Source of the DNA: Chiloscyllium plagiosum
Taxonomy: Eukaryota
Assembly (NCBI RefSeq): GCF_004010195.1
Contig: NC_057719.1
Span: 59,224,164-59,288,163 of the forward strand
Length of the DNA stretch: 64,000 bases
Reading direction: 5' to 3'
Both the position numbers and the translations under genes were made by a program. Of the stretch, positions 38,957-52,590 are shown in pieces. Position 1 is the stretch's first letter. Each line of letters begins with the position of its first letter. Below the pieces are notes generated by a model. It was given only the letters and a program-made list of their open reading frames with translations. It was not told the origin of the DNA and ran no database searches.

Positions 38957-40064
38957 ATGACACTTCTGTAATTAATGGTTCCACAAAGCATGGATTGTTG
39001 AGACAATAATTAAATTCATAGAATACAATGAAATGAAAATAAACTATGTTTAAAGTGCTGGGATTACCAAGCACAACCAATACAGGTTTATTTAAACAGA
39101 AAATGCTAGAGAATTTCAGCAGGTATGGGAGCATCTCTCCACAGATACTGCCAAATGTGTTGGCATTCTCCAGCGCTTTTTGTTTCTCTTTCAGATTTCC
39201 AGCATCTGCTGTATTTTGCTTTGTTTAAAGTATGCCTTTCTTTCCCACATTTAAATAACAGGGTAGCTAACATTGTCAGCTGTTTCTAAAATAGAGGGCG
39301 TCATCTACTCAGGATTGTGAAATTCTGCCAGTCTTGATGTGATGGAAAAGGCCAATTCACAACACGCAGATGGTTGGGCACATGAGGTAAGATATTCCCC
39401 ACGGGATCCGGAGTTTAGGATTTGCTTTCTTTGTTGCCTTTTCTGCTGCTGTTCTGCCACACATTAAAGTGTTGGTACTCAAAGCAAGATACTGTTCAAT
39501 GGACACATTGTCTCCTTTTTGAGTGATTGGTTGCTTCCTCCTTCTGTTCATTAAACTCAACACCACCATATTTCAAGCAGAGCTTCTGAGTACACCTGAA
39601 TTATTTTTACTGTCCACCTCAAAAATGTTGTCAGAGATCCAGATGTGTTGGCCAGGCCACCAAAGCTGATTTTTCTGGAATTTTGCCTGTAATTGGGTGG
39701 ATCTGGCTTCAAGGAGACACTGGTATTTGTTCAATCATCTTCCCAGTGAATCTTGTAGATGTGCTGGATGTAATGCTGAGGATATTTATTTTACTGAATG
39801 GTGTTGTCAGTCAAGAATAGGATTCACAATGACACAGTTAATGACAACTTAGTTTAGGAATGATCTCTAGTTCACTATTTAAACGGTGTTGGGCAACAAG
39901 ATTAATGTAATTAATGGGTCATATTCCTGGTGCTTTCCCCAGTTGAACAGTGACCATGCAAACCAGGTAAAGGAGGCAAATTAATTCATGAACAAGAATA
40001 CAACATCACTTCTAGTTGCTTGAACACATAATGAAGAAAGCATATTGTTGGCCTATTCATGTCA

Positions 40065-40202
40065 GGTGGTTGACAACCACCTGATGAAGGAGCAGCGTTC
40101 CGCAAGCTAGTGGTTCCAAATAAACCTGTTGGACTATAACCTGGTGTTGTGTGATTTTTAACTTTGTACACCCCAGTCCAACATCGACATTTCCAAATCA
40201 TG
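40065..40202 (+). mobile_element. Terminal fragment of a second Penelope-like family with a mutated hammerhead motif
   Basis: CAC-CTGATGA-AGGAGCAGCGTTCC-GCAA-GCTA-GTG followed by AATAAACCTGTTGGACTATAACCTGGTGTTGTG. Confidence 0.65.
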
Positions 40203-42216
40203 CACAACAATTAAATTTGCACTTGACCTGAACAGAGAAACAAAAAGCACACAAGGTGGAAAATTCAACACTTCAGAATTACTTTTATTCCAACTTGCAA
40301 CAAATTGAATAACTTCTTAGTGAGACAAAGTTTTTTGCAGTTTTGAATGGAGCACTGGAAGAGGGATAACAGCAGGTGAGGGAGACATGGAGTAATGGAT
40401 GATAACTTGCCAGGGATTGAGGAAGGGACAGAATAGAAAATCTCTTCTACCTGACCCACAGCGAAAGAAATTATCTCACCGAGTTACAACTGCACTTCCA
40501 ACAACCAACTGTCTTGTTCACCATTTACAAGACATCTGCAGTTCAATCATATCCTTCCCAAAATGCCTACACCCAAAGGCCACTAACTCTCACACAGAGC
40601 CTCATCTTTCTCCTCTTTGGTCTCACCCAGTCTCTAGTTCTGCTACAGCTTTAATTCCTACATGCCTCAACATTGACGACTAATTTGTTATGTCTCAGAG
40701 GCAGTATTAAGAATACTGGAAGAGATGTACTCATGATGTCATCATTGTATCATGGAATGTTCTCTGAAGATATAAAGGCCTCATACTCCATCTTATCTTA
40801 CGAAGCCTGACACACAATTGAAAGCATGTTGCTTGGTTATAAATATGGTTAATGTCAACCCACACATTTATGTACTTACGAATATGATGTTTGTACATAA
40901 TAGTCAGCTGCAATAAATGCTTGTTGGATTCTTCAATACCATGATATCCAGTTTTGTTTTTACATACAGGAGGTAACATAAGCATTGCCGCATCAGGGAA
41001 AATATTCTGTTGGAGTCAAATTCACATTAGATACCATTCCTTTAATCTATCCCTATACCTGATCACTAACCCCAATATATTTTTCTCTTCTGTCTTGGCC
41101 ATAAGCTCCTTTCTCCCTCATTTCCATATTTCATGAGTCCAACTGTCAAAGTTTAATTACATCGACTGCATGGGAAAATCATTTTGGGGGAATCTGTCAT
41201 AAATAAACTGAGACAACCTTAGCACTGGTAACTACAATCACTTACAGCTATAACAGGTGCCACAGTTGTTTGAGGAGTGAATGTTTGATGAGTATTTTCA
41301 ATAACATACGCAGAAGAGATTGCATATTTAAATGCTTGTTTATCAATTTATTTAAAAATTTAGATTTTCAGTGAAGATCTTAAATGCATTTTATATTAAG
41401 CATTCTAGAAAATGTTTAAAGTCAAGATCAAAGCTGAAAAGAGTTAAATTTCATTCCTGGATATATAGCAAGTTCTATTGTTTGGAACAAATGCATTTAT
41501 TGCGACAGCATCCATCAGCTGCAGGGTGCAGAAAACATGCATTTACGAAAGCTTTGAAACTTCCTTCACTTAATCAAAACTTTTAACAAAACTGGAAGTG
41601 CATGGAAACGAAGTCATAAATTTGATAAGCAAGAAATTGATTAGGAGGCGCATGACAAGGCTATGACGCTGTAAATGACATAAATTTAATAATTCTTTAT
41701 GGCAGTTATATCTTTAGCAATGTAATTGACCCTTGACTAGCCTCTGAAATGACGCGAACAAATCATAAGGTTTAAAGGCGATCAGGGATGGGTAACAAAT
41801 GCTGATCTTGCCAGCTACTTGAACATAGCACAAAATAATTTAAAAACACATTTATTTTAATAGTTTTCATTTTACTATGATATTAAAAAGAATGACTAAG
41901 ATGTATTTTGTATCTAATAAATTCATAAGTGCTTATTTTAGAGTTATGAAGAATAGGTTGGCAAAGTCAAAAACTGACAGTTTTCACGTCACAGAAAAAC
42001 TTAGAAATCAGCCAAGACACTCAATATGCTGTCACTGACCCAAACCAAGGCATCTTTAAAACTTAGTTGGTTAAAATGAAAGTCAACAAATGGTTGTTTG
42101 ATTGTAAAGTTAATGGATTGGAAAAATCAAACACTAATAGTAAATTTTGAGAGTCCATAGTTACAGAGAGCAGATTCCATAATAGGAGACAATCTCAATA
42201 TTTGATTGATTAAACT

Positions 42217-42716
42217 NNNNNNNNNNNNNNNNNNNNNNNNNNNNNNNNNNNNNNNNNNNNNNNNNNNNNNNNNNNNNNNNNNNNNNNNNNNNNNNNNNNN
42301 NNNNNNNNNNNNNNNNNNNNNNNNNNNNNNNNNNNNNNNNNNNNNNNNNNNNNNNNNNNNNNNNNNNNNNNNNNNNNNNNNNNNNNNNNNNNNNNNNNNN
42401 NNNNNNNNNNNNNNNNNNNNNNNNNNNNNNNNNNNNNNNNNNNNNNNNNNNNNNNNNNNNNNNNNNNNNNNNNNNNNNNNNNNNNNNNNNNNNNNNNNNN
42501 NNNNNNNNNNNNNNNNNNNNNNNNNNNNNNNNNNNNNNNNNNNNNNNNNNNNNNNNNNNNNNNNNNNNNNNNNNNNNNNNNNNNNNNNNNNNNNNNNNNN
42601 NNNNNNNNNNNNNNNNNNNNNNNNNNNNNNNNNNNNNNNNNNNNNNNNNNNNNNNNNNNNNNNNNNNNNNNNNNNNNNNNNNNNNNNNNNNNNNNNNNNN
42701 NNNNNNNNNNNNNNNN
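42217..42716. other. Assembly gap (500 N)
   Basis: Run of n. Confidence 1.
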
Positions 42717-43055
42717 ATTATCTGCTTAGTAGGCACTGAAACAGATTATGTATTTAGTAGCACTGAAACAGATTATCTGATTAGTAGGCACTGAAACATA
42801 GGCACTGAAACAGATTATCTGGTTAGTAGGCACTGAAACAAATTATCTGATTAGTAGCACAAACAGATTATCTGATTAGTAGGCACTGAAACAGATTACC
42901 TGATTAGTAGGCACCGAAACATAGGCACTGAAACAGATCTGATTAGTCGGCACCGAAACAGATCATCTGATTAGTCGGCACCGAAACAGATTATCTGATT
43001 TGTCGCACTGAAACAGATTATCTGATTAGTAGCACTGAAACAGATTATCTGATCA
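42717..43055. repeat. ~28-bp minisatellite (AGGCACTGAAACAGATTATCTGATTAGT)n abutting the gap
   Basis: About 12 visible units with small deletions; probably extends into the gap. Confidence 0.93.
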
Positions 43056-43297
43056 TTTATCTGGGACTTTGCTGAATACAAAGTGGGTGATGCGTTAACC
43101 TATATTAGAATCTTTGCAATCTTTGTTGAGAATCCAGGCAGTCATCGGAGGAAGACACAAGCAACTTCAATTAAATCTATAAATCAATACAAGTCTGCAG
43201 TGAAACTAATTCACATCTCTTTACTACCAGCCAACAATTCCACATCAGTCCCTTCCACACTCCAACTTAATCAGCAGAGGCTACTATTTGGTCAATA

Positions 43298-45297
43298 TAG
43301 AACGTAGAACATAGAAAATTATAGCTTAGTACAGGCCCTTCAGCCCTCAATGTTGCACCGACCTGTGGAACCAATCTGAAGCCCATCTAACCTACACTAT
43401 TCCATTTTCATCCATAGGTTTATCCAAGGGCCATTTAAATGCCCTTAAAGTTGGCGAGTCTCCTACCGTTGCAGGCAGTGCGTTCCACACTCCTCCCACT
43501 CTCTGCGTAAAGAAACTACCTCTGACATCTGTCCTATATCTATCACCCCTCAATTTAAAGCTAGCCATCACTATTCAAGGAAAAGGGCTCTCACTATCCA
43601 CCCTATCTAACCCTCTGATTATCTTTTATGTCTCAATTAAGTCACCTCTCAACCTTCTCTCTAATGAAAACAGCCTCATGCCTCTCAGCATTTCCTCATA
43701 AGACCTTTCATCCATACCAGGCAACATCCTAGTAAACCTCCTATAAACCCTTTCCAAAAGCTGCCACATTCTTCCTATAATGCAGTGACCAGAACCATGC
43801 GCAATACTCAAAGTGCGTCTGCAGCAGCAGAGTTTTGTACAGCTGCAATATGACTTTGTGCATCTGAAACTCAATCCCTCTCCCAACAAAAGCTACATAC
43901 TGTATGCTTTCCTAACAACCTTATCAAGCTGGGTGGCAACTTCCAAGGATCTCTGTACACTGAGATCTCTCTGTTCATCCACACTACCAAGAATCTTATG
44001 ATTAGCCCAGTATTCTGTCTTCCTGTTACTCCTTCCAAAGTGAATCAGCTCATACTTTTCTGTATTAAACTCAATATGTCACCTCTCAGCCCAGCTCTGC
44101 AGCTTATCTAGGTCACTCTGTAACCTGCAACATCAGCGCTATCCACAATTCCACCGACGTTAGTGTCATCTGCAAATTTACTAACTCATCCCTCTATGCC
44201 CTCATCCAGGTCATTTATAAAAATGACAAACTCAGAGACCCCAAAACAGATCCTTGCGGTACATCACTAGTAACTGAACTCCAGGATGAGCCTTTCCTAT
44301 CAACCACCATCCTCTGTCAGCTAGCCAATTTCTGATCCAAACAGCTAAATCACCCTCAATCCTATGCCTCCGTATTTTGGGCAATAGCCAATCATGGGGA
44401 ACCTTATCAAATGCCTTATTGAAATCCATATACACCAAATCAACCACTTTACCCTCATCCATCTGCTTGGTCAGCATCTCAAAGATTCGTGAGGCACGAC
44501 CTACCCTTCACAAAACCGTGTTGACTATCCCTAATCAACGTATTCCTCTCAAGACGTTTATAAATCCTATCTCTTCGTCCCTTGTTTGCTTGTCTACATA
44601 CTGTGCCAGGAAACCATCCTGCACACATTGGACAAAATCTGACCCATCTAAAGTATGTGAACTATAGTATTCCCAGTCAATATTTGGAAAGTTAAAGACC
44701 CCATAACCACTAACCTGTTACTTTTGCTCTTATCCAGAATTACCTTTGCTATCCTTTCCTCTAAATCTCTGGAACTATTCGGAGGCCTAAGGAAACTTCC
44801 CAACAGGGTGACTTCTGCTTTCCTGTTTCTAACGTCAGCCCATACTACCTCAGTAGATGAGTCCTCAAATGTCCGTTCTGCCGTCGTAATACAATGCCAC
44901 ACCTCCCCCTCTTTTACTATATTCTCTGTTCTTACTGAAACATCTAAATCCTGGAACCTGCAACAACCATTCCTATCCCTGCTCTATCCACATCTCCGAA
45001 ATGGCCACAACATCGAAGTTCCAGGTACCAACCTATGCTGCAAGTTCATCTGCCTTATTACGGATGCTTCCAGCATTGAAGTAGACACAATTCGAACCAT
45101 CTTCCTGCTGCTGGTAAACTCTTGCGACCTTGAAACCTTATTTCTGAACTCACTACTCTGAACCTCCTGGACACTGGAACTACAATTTAGATTCCCATAC
45201 CCCTGCTTAATTAGTTTAAACCCTCCCAAAGAACACTGGTAAATGTCCCCCCCCCACAATATTGGTACCCCTCTGGTTCAGGTGCAGACCACCCTGT
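43298..45297 (-). mobile_element. CR1 LINE, internally deleted (ORF1 end, endonuclease, RT, 3' tail)
   Basis: VVDLVYMDFNKAFDKVPH; EVVWADVRNRKAEVTLLG...RPPNS; LERVYRRFTRMLPGM; (TTCTA)n-like tail at ~43300. Confidence 0.92.
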
Positions 45298-45539
45298 GAA
45301 TATATGCCTTATTCAACAGTTGGATCAGTGGGGGCAGAGTCGGGGAGTCATGTTCTTCTGGGTTATTATCACAGCTCATAATTTTTAGCCCCTTAACTTA
45401 AGTTCTCAAATACTGACATTTGCCAGTATATAATGCCATTTTGAAGAAATCCATACAAACATACCAAAATTGGGAGAGGTCACAACACAGGAACAGATAA
45501 GTGTATAATTTTTATTGTAGCCTCGCTGTAAACTTACAA

Positions 45540-48500
45540 CAGTGAGGAGAGTGGGTTCTTTTTGATTATATGTTTTATTGAGATCAGTCTTGAGTAAATT
45601 TTAAAAATATAAGCCATAAATATTAAGTTAGCCTGGAGCAATGGTTTTAGAGCAATAAGACGGTGCTATTTTCTGGGTCTGTAGATTGTGAAGGAGTAAA
45701 AATGGCCTATAGTAAAGTGATATGCTCTTCTTGCCAGATGTAGGAGTTTAGATAGTGTTTATGCGTTACTGAGGATTATATCTGCAATAAATGTCTTTGG
45801 TTGCGAATCCTATCAGATCAAATGGATTGGTTGGAGCGACAGTTAAAGGCAATGAGGAATTTACAAGAGCTGGGGGTGTGATCAATGCCAGTTATAGGAA
45901 AGGAGAAAAGCCACAGTTATAGTCAGGTCGATGGGTTAGCTCCAGGAAAGATAGGAGAGGTAGGCAAGTAATGCAGGGGTTTTCTGTGGCTATCCCCATT
46001 TTCAAACAAGTGTGCTGTTTTGGAAAATGTAGGGTGTCATAAACTGTCAAGGGAAAGAGAGTTTCTGGTATCAAGACAGGCTCTCACATAACGAGGGGTT
46101 TGTCAGGTTCCAAGCAATCGTTTGTGATAGGGAACTCTCTTGTCAGAGGCACAGACACGTTTCGGCAGCCAGCAGTAAAAAATCAGCATGGTGTGTTGTC
46201 ACCCTGGTGCCGGGATCAAGGATGTCTCAAGGGGATGGATCAAGGGGGTCACCCAGGGAGATAGTGAGGAAAGACATCAATCTGAGACTGTTACAGTTGA
46301 GAAAATAAGCAAGTCAAACAATCAGGTCAGGCAGGGACAAAGCAGAGAACAACATTTACTTCAATGCAAGAGACCTAACAGGGAAGGCAGATGAACTCAG
46401 GGCATGATTAGGAACATAGAACTGGGATATCAGAGCAATTACAGAAACATGGCTCAGAGATGGACAAGACTGACAGCTGAACGTTCCAGGATACAAATGC
46501 TACAGAAAGGTTAGAAAGGGAGACAAGAGAGGAGGGGGAGTGGCATTTTTGCTAAGGGATAGCATTACAGCTGAACTGAGGGAGGACAATTTTCAAAATA
46601 CATCCAGGAAGTTATTTGAGTAGAAATGAGAAATAAGAAAGGGATGATCACTTTGTTTGGATTATATTATAGACCCCCCTAATAGTCACTGGGAAATTGA
46701 GAAACAAATTTGTAAGGAGATTTCAGTTATCTGTAATAATAATAGGGTGGTTATGGTCGGGGATTTTAACTTTCCAAACGTAGACTGGGACTTCCATAGT
46801 GTTAAGGGTTTAGATGGAGAGGAATTTGTTAAGTGGGTACAAGAAAATTTTCTGATTCAGTATGTGGATGTACCTACCTTGATGCAAAACTTGACCTAAT
46901 CTTGGGAAATAAGGCAAGGCAGGTGACTGAGGTGTCAGTGAGGGGGCACTTTGGGCCAGCGACCATAATTTTATTAGTTTTAAAATAGTAATGGTAAAGA
47001 ATAGACCTGATCTAAAAATTGAAGTTCTAAATTGGAGGAAGACTAATTTTGACAGTATTAGGCAAGAACTTTCAAAAGCTGACTGGGGGCAGATGTGCAC
47101 AGGTAAAGGGATGGCTGGAAAATGAAAAGCCTTCAGAAATGAGATAACGTGAGTCCAGAGACAGTATATTCCTGTTAGGGTGAAAGGAAAGACTGGTAGT
47201 TGTAGGGAATGCTGGATGGATGAGAAAAATTGAGAGTTTGATTAAATTACTTAGTGTGGAAACAGGCCCTTCGGGCCAACAAGTCCACACCGTCCCGCCG
47301 AAGCGCAACCCACCCATACCCCTACATTTATCCCTTACCTAACACCCCGGGCAATTTAGCATGACCAATTCACCTGACCCACACATCTTTGGACTGTGGG
47401 AGGAAACTGGAGCACCCGGAGGAAACCCACACAGACACAGGGAGAACGTGCAAACTCCACACAGTCAGTCAGTCGCCTGAGGCGGGAATTGAACTCCGGT
47501 CTCTGGCGCTGTGAGGCAGCAGTGCTAATCACTGTGCCACCGTGCCTGTTTGGCTAAGAAAAAGAAGGAAGCATATGTCATGTAGAGACAGGATAGATCG
47601 AATGATTCCTTAGAAGAACATAAAGGCAGTAGGAGTATACTTAAGAGGGAAATCAGGAGAGCAAAACGGGACGTGAGATTGCTTTGGCAAATAGAGTTAA
47701 GGAGAATCTAAAGGGTTTTTACAAATACACTAAGGACAAAAGGGTAACTAGGGAGAGAATAGGGCCCTCAAAGATCAGCAAGGCAGCTTTTGTGTGGAGC
47801 TGCAGGAGATTGGGGAGATACTTAACAAGTATTTTGCATCAATGTATACTGTGGAGAAGAACATGGAAGATATAGAATGTAGGGAAATAAATGGTGACAT
47901 CTTAGGTGGTGGTGCTGGATGTCTTGAAATGCATGAAGGTGGATAAATCCCCAGGACAGGATTTGGGAGGTCATGTTGCGGCTGTACAGGACATTGGTTA
48001 GGCTACTTTTGGAATATTGCATGCAATTCTGGTCTCCTTCCTATCGGAAGAACGTTGTGAAACTTGAAAGGGTTCAGAAACGATTTAAGGATGTTGCCAG
48101 GGTTGGAGGATTTGAGCCTGGTTAGCAAGGTTCGGTCTCATGGAATACAGGGAGAACTCGCCATTTGGATACAGAACTGGCTCAAAGGTAGAAAACAGAG
48201 GGTGGTAGTGGAAGGTTGCTTTTCATACTGGAGGCCTGTGACCAGTGGAGTGCCACAAGGATCGGTGCTGGGTCCTCTACTTTTTGTCATTTATATAAAT
48301 GATTTGGATGTGAACATAGGAGGTATAGTTATTAAGTTTGCAGATGACAGCAAAGAAGGTTACCTCTGATTACAACGGGATCTTGATCAGATGGGCCATT
48401 AGGCTGAGGAGTGGCAGATGCAATTTAATTTAGATAAATGCGAGTTGCTGCAGTTTGGAAAAGCAAATCAGAGCAGCACTTATACATTTAATGGTAAGGT

Positions 48501-49198
48501 CCTCGGGAGTATTGCTGAACAAAGAGACCTTGGAGTGCAAATTCATTGCTCCTTGAAAGTAGAGTCGCAGGTAGATAGGATCGTGAAGGTGGTGTTTGGT
48601 TTGCTTTCTTTTATTGGTCAGAATACTGAGTATAATAGTTGGGAAGTCATGCTGATGCTGTACGGGACGTTGGTTCGGCCACTTTTAGACTATTGCGTGC
48701 AATTCTGGTCTCCTTCCTATTGGAAGGAAGTTGTGAAACTGGGAAGGATTCAGAAAGGATTTACAAGGATGTTGCCAGGGTTGGAGGATTTGAAATATGG
48801 GGAGAGGTTGAATCGGCTGGGGTTGTTTTCCCTGGAGTGTTGGAGGCTGAGGGATGACCTTATAGAGCTTTATAAAGTCATGAGGGGCATGGATACGGTA
48901 AATAGACAAGGTCTTTTCCCTGGGGTGGGGGAGTCTAGAATTAGAAGGCATAGGTTTAGGGTGAGAGGGGAAAGATATAAAAGGGACCTAAGGGGCAACT
49001 TTTTCACACAGAGGGTGGAGTATGGAATGAGCTGGTGGAGACTGGTACAATTGCAACATTTAAAAGACATCTGGATGAGTACATGAATAGGAAGGGTTTG
49101 GAGGGATATGGGCTAAGTGCTGGCAAGTCGGACTCAATTGGATTGGGCTATCTGGTTGGCATGGACGAGTTAGACCAAAGGCTCTGTTTCCGTGCTAT
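45540..49198 (+). mobile_element. Near full-length decayed CR1 LINE (ORF1 zinc finger/esterase, ORF2 endonuclease and RT)
   Basis: ORF1: CSSCQM...ICNKC, VIGNSLVRGTD, MVCCHPGAGIKDVS. ORF2: [60 protein letters not shown]1 3' tail; many stops and frameshifts. Confidence 0.93.
47250..47546 (-). mobile_element. HE1-type V-SINE inserted in CR1
   Basis: Reverse complement of the SINE at 7758-8068 (GTGAGGCAGCAGTGCTAA, GTGCAAACTCCACACAG, GGAAACAGGCCCTTCGG). The CR1 sequence resumes on both sides at GTTTG. Confidence 0.9.
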
Positions 49199-49199
49199 A

Positions 49200-51560
49200 C
49201 CAGATGAACAATCTGGCATTGACCTGGGCAAAAGAAATGACAACAGCAAAGTCCTCCTTACTAACATCTGGGGGCTAGTGCCAAAATTGGGAGAGCTGTC
49301 TCACAGACCAGTCGAACAAAAGCCTGACAATCATACTCATGGAATCATTCTTGACAGACACCATCACCACCATCTCTGGATATGTCACATTCCAGCGGCA
49401 CTACAGACCCAGCAGAGGTGGCAGCACAGTGATATATGGTTGGGAGGGAGTTGCCCCGGGAGTCCTCAACATTGATTCTGACCCCCCTGATGTCTCACAA
49501 TGACAGGTTAAACATGGGCAAGGAAACCTCCTGCTGATTACCACGTGCTGTCCTCCTTCAGCTGATGAATCAGTACTCCTCCATGTTGGACAACACTTGA
49601 AGGAAGCACTGAGGGTGGCAAGGGCACAAAATATACTCTGGGTGGGGGGTTTCAATGTCTATCACCAAGAGTGACTCAGCAGCAGCACTACTGATCGAGC
49701 TGGTTGCATCCTAAAGGACATAGCTGCTAGACTGGGTCTGTAGCAAGTGGTGAGGGAACCAACAAGAACGGAAAACATACTTGATCTCATCCTGACCAAT
49801 CTGCTGGCTTTTGATGCATCTGTCCATGACAGTGTCAGTAAGAGTGAACACCACACAGTCCTTGTGGTGACAAAGTCCTGCCTTCACTTTGAGAATAACC
49901 TCCATTATGTTGCGTGGCACTATCACAGTGGTAAATGGGACAAACTTAGAACAGGTTAAGCAACTTAAGACTGAGCATCCAAGAGGTGCTGTGGGCCATC
50001 AGCAGCAGCAGAATTGTACTCCAGCACAATCTGTAACCTCATGGCCTGGCATATCCTGCATTACCATCAAGCCAGAAGGGTCAACCCTGGTTCAACAGTG
50101 AGTGCAGGATGGCATGCTAGGAGCAACTAAGAATGAGGTGCCAACCTGGTGAAGATACCAAACAGGACTACTTGCATGCCAAACATCATACGCAGCAAAT
50201 GATAGACATAGCTAAGTGATCCCACAACTAATAGATCAGATTTAAGCTTTGCAGTCCTGCCACATCCAGTCGTGAATGGTGGTGGACAACTAAACAACTC
50301 ACTGGAGGGGGAGGCTCCAAAAATACCCCCTCCTCAGTGATGTAAGAGCCCAGTACATCTGTGCAAAAGATAAGGCTGAAGCATTCGCAGCAATCTTCAG
50401 CTAGAAGTGTCCAGTGAATGATCCATCCTGGCCTTCTCCGCTGATCCTGAGCATCACAGATACAAGTCTTCAGCCAGATTGATTCACTCAATGTGATAAG
50501 AAATTGGTTGGAGGTGCTAGACATTGCAAAGGCTACGGGCCCAGCAATAGTACCAAAGATTTATGCTCTAGAACCTGCCGCTCCCCCACCCAAGCTCTTC
50601 TAGTTACAACACTGGCATCTGCCCAACAATGTGGAAAACTGCCCAGGTATGTCCTGTACAAAAACGCAGGACAAGTCCAACTCAGTCATTACTGCCCTAT
50701 TACTCTTGATCATCAGTAAAGTTCGTAAGAACCTGTATCGAAACAATCTGCTCCCTGATGCCCAATCTGGGTTTCAACAGTGTTACTCAGCTCCTGACCT
50801 CATTAGAGCATTGGTTCAAACATGGACAAAAGATTTGAATTCCATAAGGGAGGTGAGAGCTACAACCCTCTACAGCAAGTGTATTTGACCAAGTTTGGCG
50901 TCAAGGAACCCTGGCAAAACTGGAATCAGAGGGTTAACTCTTCATAGTTGGATTCATACCTGGCACATAGGAAGATGGTTGTTTTCACTGGAGATCAGTC
51001 ACCTCAGCTCCAGGCATCTCTGCAGGAGTTCCTCAGGGTAATGTCATTGGCCCAACCATCTTCAGTTGCTTCTTCATAAGCTCAGAAGTGGGGATGTTTG
51101 CTGATGATTGCGCAACGTTCAGCAGCATTTGTGACTCCTCAGATAATTAAGCAGTCCATATTCTAATATAAAAAGACCTGGATTATATCCAGGTTTGTGT
51201 TGACAAGTGGTAAATAACAATTATGCCACATAAATGCCAGGCTATAACAACTATCTACAAAAACAGAAAATCTAACCTTTGATATTCAATTATATTGCTG
51301 TCACTGACACCTCCTCACCCCCCAACTTTCCAAACCTTGGGGTTACCATTGACTAGAAACTCAACTGGACTCACTATATAAATGGTGTCTGTAAGAGCCG
51401 GTCAAAAGTTATGAATACTGCAGCTCCTGATTCCCCAAAGCCTATCCACCATCTAGAAGGCACAAGACAGGAGTGTGATGAAATACTCCCCACTTGCCTG
51501 GATGGGTGCAGCTCCAACATTCAGGAATTTAACACTAACCAGAACAAAGCAGCCACACCT
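49200..51560 (+). mobile_element. CR1/L2-group LINE, most of ORF2 (endonuclease and RT), decayed
   Basis: LLTNIWGLVPKLGEL; WVGGFNVYHQE; VREPTRTENILDLILTN; QSGFQQCYSAPD; GVPQGNVIGPTIFSCF; GMFADD. Confidence 0.88.
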
Positions 51561-51721
51561 ACACTGGTGAGCACAAATAATCATCACATTGGATTAACAC
51601 AGCAGCCTAATCTTAATAATGGACAGGAGATCAAAGCATTGCTGTCCAAAAGAAATTCCTGATTTCACAGTGTGGCGATAGCAACATCATCATCTTAGCA
51701 ATATATACTAAACTTAGAAGA

Positions 51722-52590
51722 AAATGACGATACAAAGATCAGTGGAGTTGTGGATAGTGTAGAAGGTTGTCAAAGGATACAGTGGGATGTAGATGAGCTG
51801 CAGATATGGGCAGAGAAATGGCAGATGGAGTTTAATCTGGGTAAGTGTGACATGCTGCACTTTGGGAGATCAAATGTTCAGGTAAAGTATACAGTTAATG
51901 TAAACCCTGAACAGCATTGACATACAAAGGGATCTTGGGTTTCAAGTCCATAGCTCCCTGAAAGTGGCCACACAATTAGATAGAGTGGTAAAGAAGGTAT
52001 ATGGTGTGCTTGCCTTTATTGGTTGGGGAACCGATTACAAGAGATAGAATGTCATGTTGCAGTTTTATTAGACCTTGGTTAGGTGACACTTAGAGTATTG
52101 TGATCAATTCTGCTCGCCACATTACAGGAAGGATGTGGAGGCTTTGGAGAGGGTTCAGAAGAGGTTTACCAGGATAGAAAAACTCAGGTTGTTTTCTCTG
52201 GAGCAGTGGAGGCTGAGCGGAGACTTGATAAAAGGCTATAAAATTATGAGATGTATTGATAGGGTTGACATTCATAATCTTTTTCTCCCCCAGAGTTGAA
52301 ATGCCTAACACTAGGGACACGCATTTAAGGTGAGAGGGGCAAAGTTCAAAGGAGATGTGCGGGGCAAGATTCTTTTTACACAGAGTGATAGGAGTCTGGA
52401 ATGGGCTGCCAGGATTAGTGGTGGAAGCAGATACGATAGACGCATTACAGGGACTTTTAGATAAGCACACCAAGGAATGGAGGGATATGGACCAAGGGCA
52501 GGCATAAGGGATTAGTTTAATTTGGCATCATGTTCAGCGCAAAATTTGGGCCAAAAGGCCCATCCCTGTGCCGTACTGTTCAATGTTCTG
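51722..52590 (+). mobile_element. CR1 LINE 3' fragment
   Basis: DDTKISGVVDS...[40 protein letters not shown]1 3' tail. Confidence 0.9.

Noticed and set aside
42161..42739. ORFs of 177-239 aa here and at 59132-59991
   Set aside because: Artefacts of translating N gaps.
42717..43055. Second CRISPR-like 28-bp repeat
   Set aside because: Pure tandem minisatellite without spacers.
48418..49086. 222-aa ORF as a functional or domesticated gene
   Set aside because: C-terminal part of CR1 ORF2 in an element with stops, frameshifts and a disrupted RT.
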